This document shows positions 8,839 through 16,785 of a stretch of DNA of 64,000 bases, piece after piece. Location of the stretch: NCBI GenBank assembly GCA_021107435.1, contig JAIOSV010000089.1, forward strand, positions 39,388-103,387. Reading direction: 5' to 3'. Both the position numbers and the translations under genes were made by a program. Below the pieces are notes generated by a model that was not told the DNA's origin, did no database searches, and worked only from the letters and a program-made list of their open reading frames with translations. The stretch is from Candidatus Sabulitectum sp. Lineage in GTDB: Bacteria > Fermentibacterota > Fermentibacteria > Fermentibacterales > JCC-6. The first letter of the stretch is position 1. Every line of letters begins with the position of its first letter.

Positions 8839-9315
8839 ATGAAAAAGTTTGCTCTTGCTCTTACGGCAGTTTTTGTTCTTTCCTTCGCCTGCCTTGGCGG
8901 CGGCGGAACACCGAACCAGGTTGTACAAAATCTTTTTGACGCAATTGAAGGCGGCGACGGCGACGCAGTTGTCGGCTGCCTTTCGACTGAAATACTTGAC
9001 GGTTTCGACGAAGGCCTTGAAGAATTAAAGGCAGATCCTGAAGGAACCGCCGCCATGGCAGTTATGATGGGCATAGAGATCACACCTGAAGAGGTTGCGG
9101 ATCTCACACCAGGCAAAGCTATTTCTATTATTCTCAGCAGTGAAATGATGACTTCGGAAATGCCTGATTTCAGCACCGTTGAAATCGGTGAAGCAGTTAT
9201 CGACGGCGAAACAGCAACTGTTCCGGTTACTATGGACGGTGATACTGAAGATATTGAGCTTGTCCTTGAAGACGGCAACTGGAAAATCGGTGGCGAAGGC
9301 ATGAACTTCATGTAA
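8839..9315 (+). CDS. Small NTF2-like/DUF4878-like lipoprotein, paralog 3 of 4
   Basis: ATG at 8839 follows an AGGAGGGG RBS. The protein starts MKKFALALTAVFVLSFACLGGGG and has the C-terminal IELVLEDGNWKIGGEGMNFM. The upstream part of the track ORF (from 8770) lacks an RBS or signal peptide. Confidence 0.75.
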   Translation: MKKFALALTAVFVLSFACLGGGGTPNQVVQNLFDAIEGGDGDAVVGCLSTEILDGFDEGLEELKADPEGTAAMAVMMGIEITPEEVADLTPGKAISIILSSEMMTSEMPDFSTVEIGEAVIDGETATVPVTMDGDTEDIELVLEDGNWKIGGEGMNFM

Positions 9316-9330
9316 ACTGCTACCTGTTTC

Positions 9331-9357
9331 GGGCGCTCTTCGGAGCGCCTTTTTTTT
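9331..9357 (+). terminator. Rho-independent terminator after paralog 3
   Basis: Perfect 7-bp stem GGCGCUC/GAGCGCC with a UUCG loop. It is followed by a run of eight T. Confidence 0.7.
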
Positions 9358-9476
9358 GACTGCTTGCAAGACGATACCCACCTCGAAACAAATACAGATC
9401 ATTGAATTATATTCCAGCGCGAATTCAGAATTTAATTGTCTCTGCTTTTCCAGACATATTTGTAAGGAGTCTGCAA

Positions 9477-9947
9477 ATGAAGTTTTTCTATCTTGTTCTT
9501 ACGACACTTTTCATTTGTATCACCGCATGTAACAGCGAAACTCCGGAACAGGTTGTAAAGATTTTTTTTGAGGCCTATGAAAACGCAGATGGAAACGCTC
9601 TTATCAATTGCATGTCCAGTGAAGGATTGTCAGATATCAATGATTACATTGATCAACTGAAAGAAACACCTGAAGAAAGTGCCGACTATCTGTCCATGAT
9701 AGGCATTGAAATCACAGCGGAAAACGTAAAGAACATGACTGCGGGCGACTTTGTTACCGCCATATTCAGCAGCCCTGTTTTTGCCGGCGAGCTTCCGGAC
9801 TTCAGTGGCGCAGAGTTCGGCAAGGCAGCAATCTATGGAAACAGAGCACTGGTTCCTGTTACAATGGACGGTAGCACGGAGGAGATAGAACTTGTTCTGG
9901 AGGACGGCAACTGGAAAATCGTTGGTGATGGTATGGAGATTCTGTGA
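9477..9947 (+). CDS. Small NTF2-like/DUF4878-like lipoprotein, paralog 4 of 4 (most divergent)
   Basis: ATG at 9477 follows an AAGGAG RBS. The protein starts MKFFYLVLTTLFICITACNSETPEQVVKIFFEAYENADGNALINC and has the C-terminal IELVLEDGNWKIVGDGMEIL. Confidence 0.7.
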   Translation: MKFFYLVLTTLFICITACNSETPEQVVKIFFEAYENADGNALINCMSSEGLSDINDYIDQLKETPEESADYLSMIGIEITAENVKNMTAGDFVTAIFSSPVFAGELPDFSGAEFGKAAIYGNRALVPVTMDGSTEEIELVLEDGNWKIVGDGMEIL

Positions 9948-10024
9948 GAGATAAAGCCGGAGAGTCAACAGATTCATGCAATTGATTCAACTAATCGGGC
10001 AACCCTCAGGTAAGCCAATATTTG

Positions 10025-10273
10025 TCAGTCCTTTGCAGCCGGACATGTAGAGCAGGTGGTGGAACATTCGGGGCACTCATTTGCAGGTGAAGTACTCTTG
10101 TAGTCAGTCTGGTAAAACCCGTTTCCCTTGAAGATAAGGCCGGCACCGGCACCGATAAGTCTTCTGACAATACCGCCGCATTCGGGACACTCTGTATCAG
10201 GCTCCGCGGACATGTTCTGGAATTTCTCGTATCTGATTCCGCACCTGTCGCAGATATAATCATATGTGGGCAT
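10025..10273 (-). CDS. FmdB-family zinc-ribbon protein
   Basis: MPTYDYICDRCGIRYE…CPECGG is the canonical FmdB/'putative regulatory protein' zinc-ribbon signature. There is a second Cys cluster (CPECSTTCSTC) at the C-terminus. Confidence 0.8.
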   Translation of the reverse strand: MPTYDYICDRCGIRYEKFQNMSAEPDTECPECGGIVRRLIGAGAGLIFKGNGFYQTDYKSTSPANECPECSTTCSTCPAAKD

Positions 10274-10339
10274 GGTAAACCTCTTTCTATCTTAAGAATT
10301 TCAGGAATTATACTACACGGTGCAACTCATTGAGTTCCC

Positions 10340-11320
10340 TTAACTGTCATCCAGCTTAATATTTCCTTTTGAAACCATGAGGCCTGCAATGATAACAGGG
10401 ATGAACTGCGTGGCGTGGAATACAATAGCCAATGCTTTCGCCTGGGAATCAGGTATTCCTGTGATAGCAGGGAAAAGAACACCTATTGCGTAGTGAACTG
10501 TTCCTGCGCCTCCAGGAGTAGGTATAAGCATTCCGAAACCGGCGAGGACAAGAATCAGCGGCGGGTAGAACCAGCTCCAGGGCATTTCTATTGCATAGAA
10601 CACAGGAACAACTGACAGACAGAGGGAAAGCCATACACCAATTGTTAGTGCTGATACTCTGACCATCTCTCCCGGGTCCTTTAGAATATCAAGACCGGTT
10701 GCAAAATCCAGCAGCATTTTCTCTATCTTCAGTGCAACCTTATCGAGATGAAATTTACGCAGGGGATATACCAGAAACCCGGCAGTGGCTTCATGCCATT
10801 TTCTTAAAGCAATAAGAATAAAAAGAATAACGATATAACCACATCCTGCCGCGATAAGCCCCCCCCTGACAGACTTAGATAGAGAATCCCACATGGCAGT
10901 CATTACCGCCAGAGTCAAACCTGTCAGGGCAAGCCCGTCAAACAGTCTTGCAATCACAACAGTCGCGAATGAAGAGACGAAGGGAATACCTGTTCTGCGG
11001 GAAATCAGTGCCGATCTTGCAAATTCCCCCAATCGTCCAGGCAAAACACTGTTGAGCATGAATCCGGTTAAAAGAGGTGGCGCAGCCACAGCCTTGCTCA
11101 CTTTTTTCATCGGAGAGAGAAGCATTACCCACCTGTAAACTCTGAAAACGTAGCTGGAGGCCAGAGCGGGTATAACAAGCAGAATGTAACCCCATCGGGC
11201 ATTGCTGAAAGCACTTCTCAGATCCGGCCAGTCTGTGTTCCTGAATGTAAGCCATATTGTTACCGCAGCGATGATTATCCCCAAAACCAGTTTAACAGCG
11301 TTCTTATTCTTTTTCAGCAA
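10340..11320 (-). CDS. Lysylphosphatidylglycerol-synthase-TM-like (flippase-like, UPF0104) membrane protein
   Basis: A multi-TM protein carrying the conserved LNSVLPGRLGEFARSAL motif of the LPG_synthase_TM/flippase-like family. The track ORF starts at ATG 11458 and would overlap gmhA by ~150 nt. A TTG at 11320 (LLKKNKN…) would overlap gmhA by only ~5 codons, so the start is uncertain. Confidence 0.6.
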   Translation of the reverse strand: MLKKNKNAVKLVLGIIIAAVTIWLTFRNTDWPDLRSAFSNARWGYILLVIPALASSYVFRVYRWVMLLSPMKKVSKAVAAPPLLTGFMLNSVLPGRLGEFARSALISRRTGIPFVSSFATVVIARLFDGLALTGLTLAVMTAMWDSLSKSVRGGLIAAGCGYIVILFILIALRKWHEATAGFLVYPLRKFHLDKVALKIEKMLLDFATGLDILKDPGEMVRVSALTIGVWLSLCLSVVPVFYAIEMPWSWFYPPLILVLAGFGMLIPTPGGAGTVHYAIGVLFPAITGIPDSQAKALAIVFHATQFIPVIIAGLMVSKGNIKLDDS

Positions 11321-11873
11321 GAATTTCCTCCAGCCCGTAACAGATAGCGTGAAAGGCCACAAGTATTTGTTCCTGGGTGTGGCTGGTTGCCACGGAGTGA
11401 GACTTCCAGTGAAGGTCGGCCCAGTTCGGGTTTTCGCACTGTGCTGAGGTAAACGCAATCACACGAAGTCCCGACTCCCGGGCAGTCTCCGCAGCTTTGA
11501 GAATATTCGGGCTTTCTCCACTGGTGGTAATCGCGATAAGAACGTCCCCCTCTCTGCCCAGAGCTTCCACCTGACGGGAAAAGACATTCTCATAACCATA
11601 ATCGTTGGCAATGGCTGTGATTACAGCAGGGTCCACAGTCAAGGCAATTGCTGCAATGGCTTCTCGATCCCGCCTGAACCTGCCTGCCAGCTCTCCAACA
11701 AAGTGAGAGGCATCTGAAGCACTGCCTCCATTGCCGCATACAAGTATTTTTTTACCATCGCCGAAACATCGGTTCAGTTCCTCAGTAATCTCCGCAACAG
11801 AGTCGACTTCCATCTCTGTCAGGAGAATTTTTGCTTTTTCGATGTATTCTTTTACAGCATTTTTTGCAGACAT
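11304..11873 (-). CDS. gmhA: Phosphoheptose isomerase (SIS domain)
   Basis: 189-aa SIS-domain protein with the motifs ILVCGNGGSASDASHF, AIALTVD and VLIAITTSGESPN. It matches GmhA/LpcA closely. Confidence 0.85.
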   Translation of the reverse strand: MSAKNAVKEYIEKAKILLTEMEVDSVAEITEELNRCFGDGKKILVCGNGGSASDASHFVGELAGRFRRDREAIAAIALTVDPAVITAIANDYGYENVFSRQVEALGREGDVLIAITTSGESPNILKAAETARESGLRVIAFTSAQCENPNWADLHWKSHSVATSHTQEQILVAFHAICYGLEEILAEKE

Positions 11874-12649
11874 AGCTCCATTACCTCTTCCAGCAGCGGT
11901 AATTCAATATCTCTTTTAGTTCCAAGGGCTGACCATACAGGTCTGGGAGCCGATAAGGCAAGTCGTGTCCACTCTGTGGCCTTCACCGTACCTGTTCCAA
12001 TTCTGTCCCGCACACGACAGGCAAGTTCATACGGGGTTACAGCGCCTTTGTTCACACAATGATACAGACCTGTTCTGTCTTTGTCAGCGACTATACCTGC
12101 CAGGCTCTCTGCCAGAGAGTCAACTGAAGTCAGACACGATGTCTGATCGGTTACAGCAGTAACAGTACCATCCTCAAGAAGCTTCCTGACAATCCAGGGC
12201 AGCAGCCCCTTTTCCCCGAAAAGCCATGATGTTCTCACAACAGCATTGCCCGGATGCTCAAGAGCAGCCTTCTCTCCTCGAAGCTTGCTGGCGGCATAGA
12301 TGTTAGCCGGTTCTGTTCTGTCCGTTTCGATAAGATACCTTTCTCCTCCGCAGGAAAACACCTGGTCGGTTGATAAAGTAACAAGGCGAATACCGGTGGC
12401 AGCAAGGTTTCTAACAGCGGTGTGGTGAACATTCTCTGCTTCATCGGGATTCTTTTCGCAGTAATCCACATCGGTTATCGCAGAAGTATTCAGGATCACA
12501 TCAGGTTTCACTCTGTTTACAGCTGCTTCTATACAATCGGAGTCAGTTACATCAAAATCGGGAAGGTCAAAACCAGTGCCGCTGTTTCCCAGAAGTTTCA
12601 TTATTTCAGAACCAAGCATACCTGATGAGCCCACCACAATTACTTTCAT
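11852..12649 (-). CDS. rfbD: dTDP-4-dehydrorhamnose reductase-like NAD(P)-dependent sugar reductase
   Basis: 265-aa protein starting MKVIVVGSSGMLGSEI (Rossmann fold), with NIYAASKLRGE (the YxxxK catalytic motif). Its length is typical of RmlD. Confidence 0.7.
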   Translation of the reverse strand: MKVIVVGSSGMLGSEIMKLLGNSGTGFDLPDFDVTDSDCIEAAVNRVKPDVILNTSAITDVDYCEKNPDEAENVHHTAVRNLAATGIRLVTLSTDQVFSCGGERYLIETDRTEPANIYAASKLRGEKAALEHPGNAVVRTSWLFGEKGLLPWIVRKLLEDGTVTAVTDQTSCLTSVDSLAESLAGIVADKDRTGLYHCVNKGAVTPYELACRVRDRIGTGTVKATEWTRLALSAPRPVWSALGTKRDIELPLLEEVMELCLQKML

Positions 12650-13389
12650 CCTGATTCCCTTTGCTGAAGAAGAGGGAGTTCAGGCAGCTTTATATCGCCA
12701 AGAATCATGCCGGGCATCTCTCTGGTAAGCACATGCCACGGAATGACAGAAAACTCCTCAGTTTTTTTCTTCAGCGTTTCATCAAGAATGAAATCCTGAG
12801 GCGAGTGTGCATCACTGCACAAAGCGTGACTGAGTCCCTCTCTGAGTAGCTCCCTGGCTGCGGTGGCAAACTTTTTCAGCCGGAAAGAACGAGCACTGAC
12901 TATTACGCCGCAACCCATTCTTGAAAGCTTTATCAGTCTTTCTTTTTTCCGTCTGCACCATGTGTACCTTTCGGGATGCGCGATCAGAGGGGAGTACCCC
13001 ATCCTGATGATCCGTTTCAGTTGTATGAGAGTCTCAATCCATGTTACACGGGAGTCAAATTCCACCAGCACCCACCCTGTGCCCGGGTATCTCAATTCCT
13101 CCAGGTACTTTAAAGACCAGCCCTGAATCAACAGCTCTCCGGCAGTAAGGAAACTGAATCCGGGAGTGTACTTTTCTTCAACTCTGCTCTGAAACTGAAG
13201 CGATTTTCTCCGTCTGGCTTCAACAACTCTTCGATGCATAGAGCAGGAGAAGTGAGGAGTAAATACAATAGTGGAATCAACTTCAAGCTTGCAGCTCATT
13301 CTATGGAGCATTTCCGCAGCCTCAGAATTCGTCCCTGCTCCATCGTCTACAGCTGGAACTATATGCGAATGCAGATCTATTACTGACAG
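12646..13389 (-). CDS. CpsB/CapC-type PHP-family protein-tyrosine phosphatase (start codon uncertain)
   Basis: The track ORF starts at ATG 13311. The in-frame upstream sequence encodes VIDLHSHIVPAVDDGAGTNSEAAEML, the conserved N-terminal HxH motif of CpsB (MIDIHSHILPGIDDGA). Only CTG, ATA or GTA codons lie between the stop at 13405-13407 and this motif. The downstream motifs LIAHPERY and CSDAHS also fit the PHP phosphatase family. Confidence 0.65.
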   Translation of the reverse strand: MSVIDLHSHIVPAVDDGAGTNSEAAEMLHRMSCKLEVDSTIVFTPHFSCSMHRRVVEARRRKSLQFQSRVEEKYTPGFSFLTAGELLIQGWSLKYLEELRYPGTGWVLVEFDSRVTWIETLIQLKRIIRMGYSPLIAHPERYTWCRRKKERLIKLSRMGCGVIVSARSFRLKKFATAARELLREGLSHALCSDAHSPQDFILDETLKKKTEEFSVIPWHVLTREMPGMILGDIKLPELPLLQQRESG

Positions 13390-13440
13390 ATGACCACTTC
13401 CCCTCTACAGACTATATTGCTCAACAGGGGAATATTCAGG

Positions 13441-13893
13441 ATGGGGGCAGCGGTGTCAAAATCGCTTTTGTTTGTGTTGCTATTTTCATTACCATTCGCC
13501 TTCGGGGTTGAGGGAGAAGACAAAGCTCTGGGACGGTTGTCGATGACAGCAGACATGCTTGTTTGTATTGGCGAGGAAATGACAGGAAATCCCCTGAGCG
13601 GAATACTCATTGCTGGCGATACTCTTTCCATTAACGTAAACATCTCCTCTACATACAGTTATCAATTCATTGTCTGGACAGACTCAGCATTCAATTGTGT
13701 AGACTTCTGGCTTACAAATCCCCAGGGAGGAACGCCAAGAAGTGATATAGGTGACCATACCGCTCTGGCCATCATGCCGGACTCGGCAGAAACGGGAATA
13801 TGGCAGCTTGAGATGGAACTTCTTGAGGGTGCCTACTCAGACACAGCTTACTATGCAGCAGCAATTTTCAGAAGATCAAGAACGCTTCAGTAA
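13441..13893 (+). CDS. Hypothetical small secreted protein
   Basis: MGAAVSKSLLFVLLFSLPFAFGVEGE is a signal peptide, with no recognisable domain after it. It is on the plus strand, divergent from cpsB, and its 3' end overlaps the convergent methyltransferase gene by 18 nt. Confidence 0.4.
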   Translation: MGAAVSKSLLFVLLFSLPFAFGVEGEDKALGRLSMTADMLVCIGEEMTGNPLSGILIAGDTLSINVNISSTYSYQFIVWTDSAFNCVDFWLTNPQGGTPRSDIGDHTALAIMPDSAETGIWQLEMELLEGAYSDTAYYAAAIFRRSRTLQ

Positions 13894-14412
13894 AGCCTTC
13901 ATGGTCATAACCCGGCCCCTTAGAATTTTCTCGATGCGGTAAAATCCAGCAGCACGGAAACCGCATTCAATCTCTTCGCTTCGATCCCGTCTTCCGGTAA
14001 TAATCATGCATCCACCGGGTTTCAGAAGGTGGGCGCCCGCGAATATGAATCTGTAAAGCAGAAGTGAATCTCCTTCCCTGGCTTCCTTTCGAAAGGGGTC
14101 TGGAGAAGTCCTTCCTTGCTCTGCTGTGTTGTACGGCGGATTTGCCAGTACAAGATCGGCACAACCTTTTCTGAATAAGGAGGAAACCATGTTCACGGAA
14201 CAGAGAACCGGTTGCCCTGCTGCTTTGTCAAACTTCCTGAGAGCATCAATTGAGATGTCAACTCCCACAGTAAACGCATCTCTTAGATTTGCGTTATTGA
14301 GAACTTCACCGGTTCCCGTACCCAGATCAAAACAGATTCCGCATGAAACCGCACTGGCCGCTTCCGCAAGGAGCAGAGTATCAGTGGTAATCTCTCTTCC
14401 CGGAAAACTCAG
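13876..14412 (-). CDS. Class I SAM-dependent methyltransferase, NPPY-motif (N6-adenine/HemK/TrmN6-like); start uncertain
   Basis: From the GTG at 14268 the protein contains VGVDISIDAL (motif II) and LANPPY (motif IV). Hand translation upstream in frame gives …ITTDTLLLAEAAS..CFDLGTGTGEV (SAM motif I) with no ATG/GTG/TTG back to the in-frame stop at 14470-14472. A CTG at 14410-14412 overlaps the upstream gene's TGA as CTGA. The coordinates given assume that CTG start. Confidence 0.5.
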   Translation of the reverse strand: MSFPGREITTDTLLLAEAASAVSCGICFDLGTGTGEVLNNANLRDAFTVGVDISIDALRKFDKAAGQPVLCSVNMVSSLFRKGCADLVLANPPYNTAEQGRTSPDPFRKEAREGDSLLLYRFIFAGAHLLKPGGCMIITGRRDRSEEIECGFRAAGFYRIEKILRGRVMTMKALLKRS

Positions 14413-14990
14413 CGGTAATACGCTTTCGCAACTGCCCAGGTCACCAGAGATGTCTCTACATGCCGCACATCATGCCACTCCTGGATGGCCCACAAGCCAT
14501 CGTTTTCCACCATGTGAAGCTCCGCTATTCCTGCTGCGGGGGTTCCAGTTCCCGAGTGATATGACTGTGGAATGGAAATTGTATAATTTCGATAAATTGT
14601 AACACTGTCGCTGGGGGCAGCGGGATCAGGATTACCCGTATCAATCAAAAATTCAGCGGCGATTATGCTGTCTGCGGGGACAATGGTAAACAGCAAGCTG
14701 ACTGTGCTGTTTTCAACAGCCTTTGTCCAGTCGTCGAAATTGTACCCGGAATACTCGTTGATATCGTTGCTGTCTGCGTAAAATACGAATGACTCTGTGA
14801 AACAGTCCATGTAAAGAGTTGATCCGCCATTCAGGGTAGACTGAATGTTCTCAACAACAATATCGGGACTTGTGGGGTCCAGCCAGACAACTCCTTCGTT
14901 GGATGGATCCTCAGGTGTACGGGGCTCAAACAGATTGCAGGAAGAAAAAACAAGTGCAATCAGCACTGCAACTGAAAAACGTTTATTCAT
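14409..14990 (-). CDS. Hypothetical lipoprotein
   Basis: Start is taken at MNKRFSVAVLIALVFSSCNLF (lipobox), 8 nt after the upstream OMP stop. There are no recognisable domains. Confidence 0.55.
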   Translation of the reverse strand: MNKRFSVAVLIALVFSSCNLFEPRTPEDPSNEGVVWLDPTSPDIVVENIQSTLNGGSTLYMDCFTESFVFYADSNDINEYSGYNFDDWTKAVENSTVSLLFTIVPADSIIAAEFLIDTGNPDPAAPSDSVTIYRNYTISIPQSYHSGTGTPAAGIAELHMVENDGLWAIQEWHDVRHVETSLVTWAVAKAYYR

Positions 14991-14997
14991 ATCTTCC

Positions 14998-16785
14998 TCA
15001 CATTCTAATATTGAATCCAACAGAGGCTTTCCAGTAACTTTCTCTTCTGGCATTACTGTAAAATGTTCTGGTAATATTTGTGTTCAGGGTTCCCCCCATA
15101 GTTTTGATGACGCTTCTTATGCCCACATGGTGGATATGGTCAACTGTTTTGATAAACATATCCATCCGGTTTCTGGATGCATACTCATATGAATAGCTCG
15201 GAGTTAATCCCACTTTAGATGAGATATGAAAGCCAGAGTCCAGTGTAATCCTGTTGTTAATTGTCTCCTCACTTCTAAGAAAAATATTGTCATCATATGT
15301 TCCCTGATCGTTGAATGTGAATCTGTGTGAAATACCCAGTGTGGTACTGTCAGTGGATACTCTGCTCAGGGAAAATGATTCCTCAAGTCTTCGGAAAAGA
15401 CGATCGCTGGCGCTGGCTTCCGGAAAAATGTATGTGGTGTAGTTCGCGGTAATCTTCATGTACTGAGAAATTTTCCAGTTGTTACCCAGGTCATATCTGT
15501 AACCGGGGTGGAAAGAATAAGTGGATGCTGTCTTTGAGTTAGCGCTTTGAGAAGCAATGAGATAATAGCTGCTTCTCTGCTGACCGGTCATTGCGCAGGT
15601 GATGGTAAATCGGGAAGAAAGAGGAATGCTGGCTGATATCCCGAGAAGATCTCTGTACTCATCTCTGTCATAGTCGTGGGTGTAGGCACTTGATGTGTCA
15701 CCCTCATCAACAACTGTGTCGTAGGAATAAAGCTCTACAAGCCTCTGGAACACAACCCTGGCTCTGCCGGGTGTGTATGAAAGTGTTATGTTGAGAAGCT
15801 TATCATCTGTTGACTCGTCGAGTTTGTAAGAATCTGCCTCATAAACTTCAACTGTATGTTCTCTGCCTGTCAACGATTTTGAGAATGCAAAATTCAACTC
15901 TATGTTTTCTGCCATTTCCCAAATAAGATTTGAGCTTAGTGATCTTCGTGTTTGATCATCATTTCGGGGATCAACCTGTATTGAATCGGGAAATGCGCTC
16001 TTGTAGTAATCTCTGTCACCGGACCAACTTGTGCTGATATCCATAAAAACGCCCGGGATAAGTTCAGGAAGCTCCAGGCTTTCGGAATGCGACCATGAAT
16101 CTCCAAAGTGGTTTTCCAGAGAATCAATCTTGATAATTGAATTCCTGTCTCCTGAAACTTCCGCGGAGATACTTCCTCCTCTGTACTCCTCGGGAAAGTA
16201 GTAGCTCATTCTGGCGGAGATACCGTCAGCAAAGTTGTTGGTTTCGCTTCCATAGGAACGGTTCTCCAGAAAACTGACAGATGTGTTAACTCCATTGAAA
16301 ACCGTTTTATTAACAGTTGCACTTACACGGTAGAAATTTCCATCGTTGTCTCTTGCACCGGTTTCGTCAATGTAATCTCTCTGCTGAATGCCCACAGCCG
16401 TATTAGTGGTAAGCCAGCTGCCTTTTGAGTAACGGACAGCTCCGGTGGCGGATTCTGTTCTGTCATCTCTGATTCTGGAACCGAATCTGTCTTCCAGGGA
16501 GATACTCCTGGCAAAAGTGGATGACATCTCAACACCATTCAAGGGCTTCCAGCTGATCCAGCCGCTTCCCGTTCTGAAATCAGTAAACTGATTCAAACCA
16601 TCTGCCCTCTTCGCGGAGAAAGAGCCGTTTCCGTTTAAGCTCACGGTGCGTGAAATCGCATTAGAAACCGAAAAACTGTTGGTTAGAGTGGTTGTTTCCT
16701 TAGTCTGCTCCATATTAAGATTGTAGGTGAAATCCCAGCCCGCCGCAGTTAAAACAATCGCAAGAACTAAATAGATAAATCTCAA
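14998..16785 (-). CDS. Outer-membrane beta-barrel protein (hypothetical)
   Basis: 595-aa protein with signal peptide MRFIYLVLAIVLTAAG and an S/T/N/Y/R-rich alternating pattern throughout. Its start overlaps the rsmA stop as ATGA. Confidence 0.5.
   Translation of the reverse strand: MRFIYLVLAIVLTAAGWDFTYNLNMEQTKETTTLTNSFSVSNAISRTVSLNGNGSFSAKRADGLNQFTDFRTGSGWISWKPLNGVEMSSTFARSISLEDRFGSRIRDDRTESATGAVRYSKGSWLTTNTAVGIQQRDYIDETGARDNDGNFYRVSATVNKTVFNGVNTSVSFLENRSYGSETNNFADGISARMSYYFPEEYRGGSISAEVSGDRNSIIKIDSLENHFGDSWSHSESLELPELIPGVFMDISTSWSGDRDYYKSAFPDSIQVDPRNDDQTRRSLSSNLIWEMAENIELNFAFSKSLTGREHTVEVYEADSYKLDESTDDKLLNITLSYTPGRARVVFQRLVELYSYDTVVDEGDTSSAYTHDYDRDEYRDLLGISASIPLSSRFTITCAMTGQQRSSYYLIASQSANSKTASTYSFHPGYRYDLGNNWKISQYMKITANYTTYIFPEASASDRLFRRLEESFSLSRVSTDSTTLGISHRFTFNDQGTYDDNIFLRSEETINNRITLDSGFHISSKVGLTPSYSYEYASRNRMDMFIKTVDHIHHVGIRSVIKTMGGTLNTNITRTFYSNARRESYWKASVGFNIRM

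Noticed and set aside
8203-9311. Minus-strand ORFs 8203..8712 and 8835..9311 (S/T-rich)
   Set aside because: They are antisense to the acidic lipoprotein paralogs. The low-complexity Ser/Thr strings are the complement of the GAA/GAT-rich sense strand. They are not real genes.
8616-9357. Repeated GGGCG…UUCG…CGCC hairpins as a possible CRISPR or REP array
   Set aside because: There are only two copies, each immediately 3' of a gene and followed by a T-run, with no regular spacers. They are intrinsic terminators.
14126-14602. Plus-strand ORF 14126..14602 (158 aa)
   Set aside because: It is antisense to the methyltransferase N-terminal region and the lipoprotein 3' end. It has no features.
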